A DNA stretch of 63,827 nucleotides from Aplysia californica (lineage: Eukaryota), in NCBI RefSeq assembly GCF_000002075.1, contig NW_004797893.1:281434-345260 (forward strand), written 5' to 3'. The number at the start of each line of letters is the position of its first letter. Within the stretch, counting starts at the first letter, position 1. Positions 60,568 to 63,827 of the stretch are shown here, piece by piece. The notes under the pieces are model-generated. The model was not told the origin of the DNA and ran no database searches. It was given only the letters and a program-made list of their open reading frames with translations. Both the position numbers and the translations under genes were made by a program.

Positions 60568-61158
60568 CTGTTGGAAAAAAACAAGGGGGGGGGAGAGAAA
60601 AAACAGTTATAGTGCCACGAAGATCATTCCAGAATTTAAAAAAAATGCAAAGCCAGAGATGCCAACCACAGAAAACAACCGAAATGAGTATGGCGAAATA
60701 TGAAAATGTGTATTTTCAGGGGAAAATGTGTATTCCCCACCACCGACCAACTAGTAATAGTAAAATTTTCAGGGTGTCCAGCAATATTTTCAGGAAAAAA
60801 AATTACTAGCTCACCAGCTCGAAAAAGGGAGTACACACGCGTACAAACATGTATCCAGTCAACAACATGTCAGTGTTCAATGTCGTACTGGGGTCTTGTT
60901 TGACTTAAATATTTCAGTCTATTATATACCGGTAATATTTTCCTCTCATTATTATATAAAAAATAAATCCTGCTTTGAGAGTTAAGAAGGGCCTTGAACT
61001 AGAATTTCGACTATCAAGAACCAGTCTGGGTGTCCATGATTCATAATATGAACTGACAGACTCAAATTATAGTTCAAACTCAGAGAAAATCAATAACTTG
61101 AATGGCTCAAGTCCCCCCAAATAGACCCACCTCTTCGTGGTGGGGGGGGGATTAGTAC

Positions 61159-62313
61159 TAGGCCAGGGCAAGATCGACGGCAAAAAGACTCGAGGCCTCG
61201 ATTCCAAAACTGAAAAAGAATCGAGGAATCGAGTCCGATTTTNNNNNNNNNNNNNNNNNNNNNNNNNNNNNNNNNNNNNNNNNNNNNNNNNNNNNNNNNN
61301 NNNNNNNNNNNNNNNNNNNNNNNNNNNNNNNNNNNNNNNNNNNNNNNNNNNNNNNNNNNNNNNNNNNNNNNNNNNNNNNNNNNNNNNNNNNNNNNNNNNN
61401 NNNNNNNNNNNNNNNNNNNNNNNNNNNNNNNNNNNNNNNNNNNNNNNNNNNNNNNNNNNNNNNNNNNNNNNNNNNNNNNNNNNNNNNNNNNNNNNNNNNN
61501 NNNNNNNNNNNNNNNNNNNNNNNNNNNNNNNNNNNNNNNNNNNNNNNNNNNNNNNNNNNNNNNNNNNNNNNNNNNNNNNNNNNNNNNNNNNNNNNNNNNN
61601 NNNNNNNNNNNNNNNNNNNNNNNNNNNNNNNNNNNNNNNNNNNNNNNNNNNNNNNNNNNNNNNNNNNNNNNNNNNNNNNNNNNNNNNNNNNNNNNNNNNN
61701 NNNNNNNNNNNNNNNNNNNNNNNNNNNNNNNNNNNNNNNNNNNNNNNNNNNNNNNNNNNNNNNNNNNNNNNNNNNNNNNNNNNNNNNNNNNNNNNNNNNN
61801 NNNNNAATTCAAATAGTGAAAAAAAAACATAAGTAAACAAAACTCACAAAAATTAATCTAACTTGGTAATCGGGCATTAAAATGGGTTCTCCACGTATTT
61901 TTTGCTAATTTTGGGTCGCTGATCACGAAAATCTTATTATTTCTTAAATTTGGCCAATATTTAAAAAAATTTTGGAATGCATTTTTAACTCCGCCTAGGC
62001 CAACATCAAAGAAGCCGCCTTATGCGCCGGATCAGTCCCGTCCTGGTGCGGTGTCTGTTTTGAAGCAAAAAACTCGACTGTGGGGTGGGACAGCCCTAGG
62101 CCTATCCCACAAAAGGACTGTAATAGTGCGGTAGAGATTTAGATTCTTGCCTCGATTCTCGGAGTCTAGGCTAGGAACCAGGCTAAAAAAAGGAGACGGG
62201 AGGCGTCGACTCTGGGCGGACTCGAAGCTTAGAGTCTGGGAACAAGATCGATTCTTTGAGTCCTCATTTGGACTCGAAAGAATCGATCCCAGAGTCGATC
62301 TTGCCCTGGCCTA
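61159..62313. mobile_element. hAT-like non-autonomous element (contains an N gap)
   Basis: Perfect 20-bp TIR TAGGCCAGGGCAAGATCGAC and perfect 8-bp TSD ATTAGTAC (61151-61158, 62314-62321). Confidence 0.9.
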
Positions 62314-63094
62314 ATTAGTACTCTTCGAATAGGAAAAGAAAAAGAGGAAGCTAACGGGTCAAGGGGTGACCCCGAAAAGAGACACATTGCTTTACTATGT
62401 ATCTTACTCTTTCTATTTATTGTTTTACTTTATTACATTTATTAACTTTTCTTTTCTCCTCTCTCCATCGACAACCTTTCTTTGACCTGGAGTTGGGACG
62501 GGTATTGGTGGGGTGGAAAGCAGAGGCTCATTGTCAGCACTGTACTGGATGTGACTTTACATAAGGAATACCCAGCTACATACATGTATTAAGCATGCAC
62601 TTATCGGAGAGCCGTATGACTGCGGAGAAGGTGCAAAGACCATTTACGTCTTGCTTGTTGACAACATTAACCCTCTGAGATCTGCCATGACTTCCCCTGC
62701 CCCCATCTCTCGGATGAGAGGACATGATTGCTCTGGGAGGGGGGAAAAGCTAGCTTCCAATTGGTATTATTATTATTATATTATAATTTTTGTACTCCAG
62801 CAACACACAGCAACTATGCTCTTAATAGCGTCTTTCTCTTCTTTATCTCCTCAAAAAACTTCTCAATATAATACAACAGACACCATCATACCCATTCATT
62901 TTTCTAACAATCTCTCTGTGATGGAGTTGGGTTTTTGGTTTGTAGCATTGCACCTACAGCCACTGCTTTATCTCCTACCCCGGGATGGAAGGAAAATCAC
63001 TGAACCACCAGTTTTAGATGCTATTCACAAATGAATGGCTCAAGTAGACCCGTGCACTGTGAGAGTTGTAACAACTGTAGGAGGGCAAGATGCA

Positions 63095-63326
63095 GTGAAA
63101 TGGTGAAATGGTATGGGTTTAACGCCCCTATCAACACTATTAGGTTATTTAAGGGGCAGGACCTCCTAGTTTAACGTCCGTCTCCTATAGGACCGAGCCA
63201 AGTGGGAAGTTCCTGTAAAGTGTCTTTCCCAAGGACACAACGTCGGACCGAGCTGAGGCTCGAACCCCCGAACCCGCAATCTCACGCTCACGAGTCCGGC
63301 AGCCTAACCACTAGGCTACCGACGCC
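63095..63326 (-). mobile_element. tRNA-derived CORE-type SINE
   Basis: Minus strand GGCGTCGGTAGCCTAGTGG (A box), GGTTCGAGCC (B box), TGTGTCCTTGGGAAAGACACTTTA (CORE-like), short repeat tail. Confidence 0.8.
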
Positions 63327-63827
63327 ACAAGATTCAGTGACACTGAAAATCTGCCAGTCTTAAACAGAAAGCTACAACATACACTGTAGGTATAATTTAC
63401 TGTCACCCACCCAATAAAACGCAAACACTTTATTTCAAGAACACAGACTGGCAAAGTATGAAGGGTCCAGATTCCGCACACGGCCTGCACCAACGCGCGC
63501 TTTGCAGAAAGCTCTAATGAAAATTCTGAAATGCCCTTCCAAGTTTTTGTCCTCTGGTGTTGCCTTAAACCCCCCACCCCCCGATAGTATCTTAAACCAA
63601 AAAAAAAAAATCAATAATCTCCTCCCCTATTCCGTAGTCCTATACTTCGCAACGCCGTTACTCCCACCAAAGACGGTCCTTACTCACACGATGCCGCATT
63701 TATTTATGATGCGAATGCGAGCAAGTTCAGTGACCGGTCACGATGGCCAGCTAGACAATCTAAAAATCAGACGATACTTGTACTTTCTTTTCTTTTTTTT
63801 CCACAAGCGACAGCACAGAGACGAGTC

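Noticed and set aside
62530-62680. GEPYDCGEGAKTIY as a possible C2H2 zinc-finger gene
   Set aside because: Stops and missing ligands; more likely a decayed LINE C-terminal knuckle.
63240-63326. tRNA gene (also tRNA-like heads at ~1675-1740, ~34270-34325 and ~35570-35637)
   Set aside because: A and B boxes are present, but I see no complete cloverleaf and they continue into SINE bodies.
1-63827. CRISPR arrays, prokaryotic operons or defence systems; ORFs spanning N runs
   Set aside because: The sequence is spliced animal DNA with no repeat-spacer arrays; X-filled ORFs are gap artefacts.

Overview
Eukaryotic (animal) genomic DNA: AT-rich, intron-rich and full of transposable elements, with several N-gaps. 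A lophotrochozoan such as a mollusc is likely, but this is inference from the repeat types and the lectin gene. I reconstructed three spliced genes by hand. (1) A minus-strand gene (~471-10460, running off the left edge) for an apparently uncharacterised secreted protein: signal peptide, Gly/Tyr/acidic low-complexity segment, KKKRRRKRRRKR polybasic site, SUEL/rhamnose-lectin-like Cys domain, then a CUB-like domain. (2) A complete plus-strand IFT88 gene (24 coding exons, 21303-47434, 829 aa) with one U12-type minor intron and a candidate RFX/NRF1/ETS promoter near 18.5 kb. (3) The last five coding exons of PSMD13/Rpn9 on the minus strand (54141-60567), tail-to-tail with IFT88. Introns and intergenic DNA hold tRNA-derived SINEs, truncated RTE and I/Nimb-like LINEs, and MITEs of piggyBac, Kolobok, Tc1/pogo and hAT type. 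The most notable patterns are the orphan lectin-CUB proprotein, a ~165-bp repeat found only in introns next to exons and in the host's sense orientation, and a near-perfect inverted repeat bracketing an in-frame pair of IFT88 exons. Most ORFs in the supplied track are spurious.
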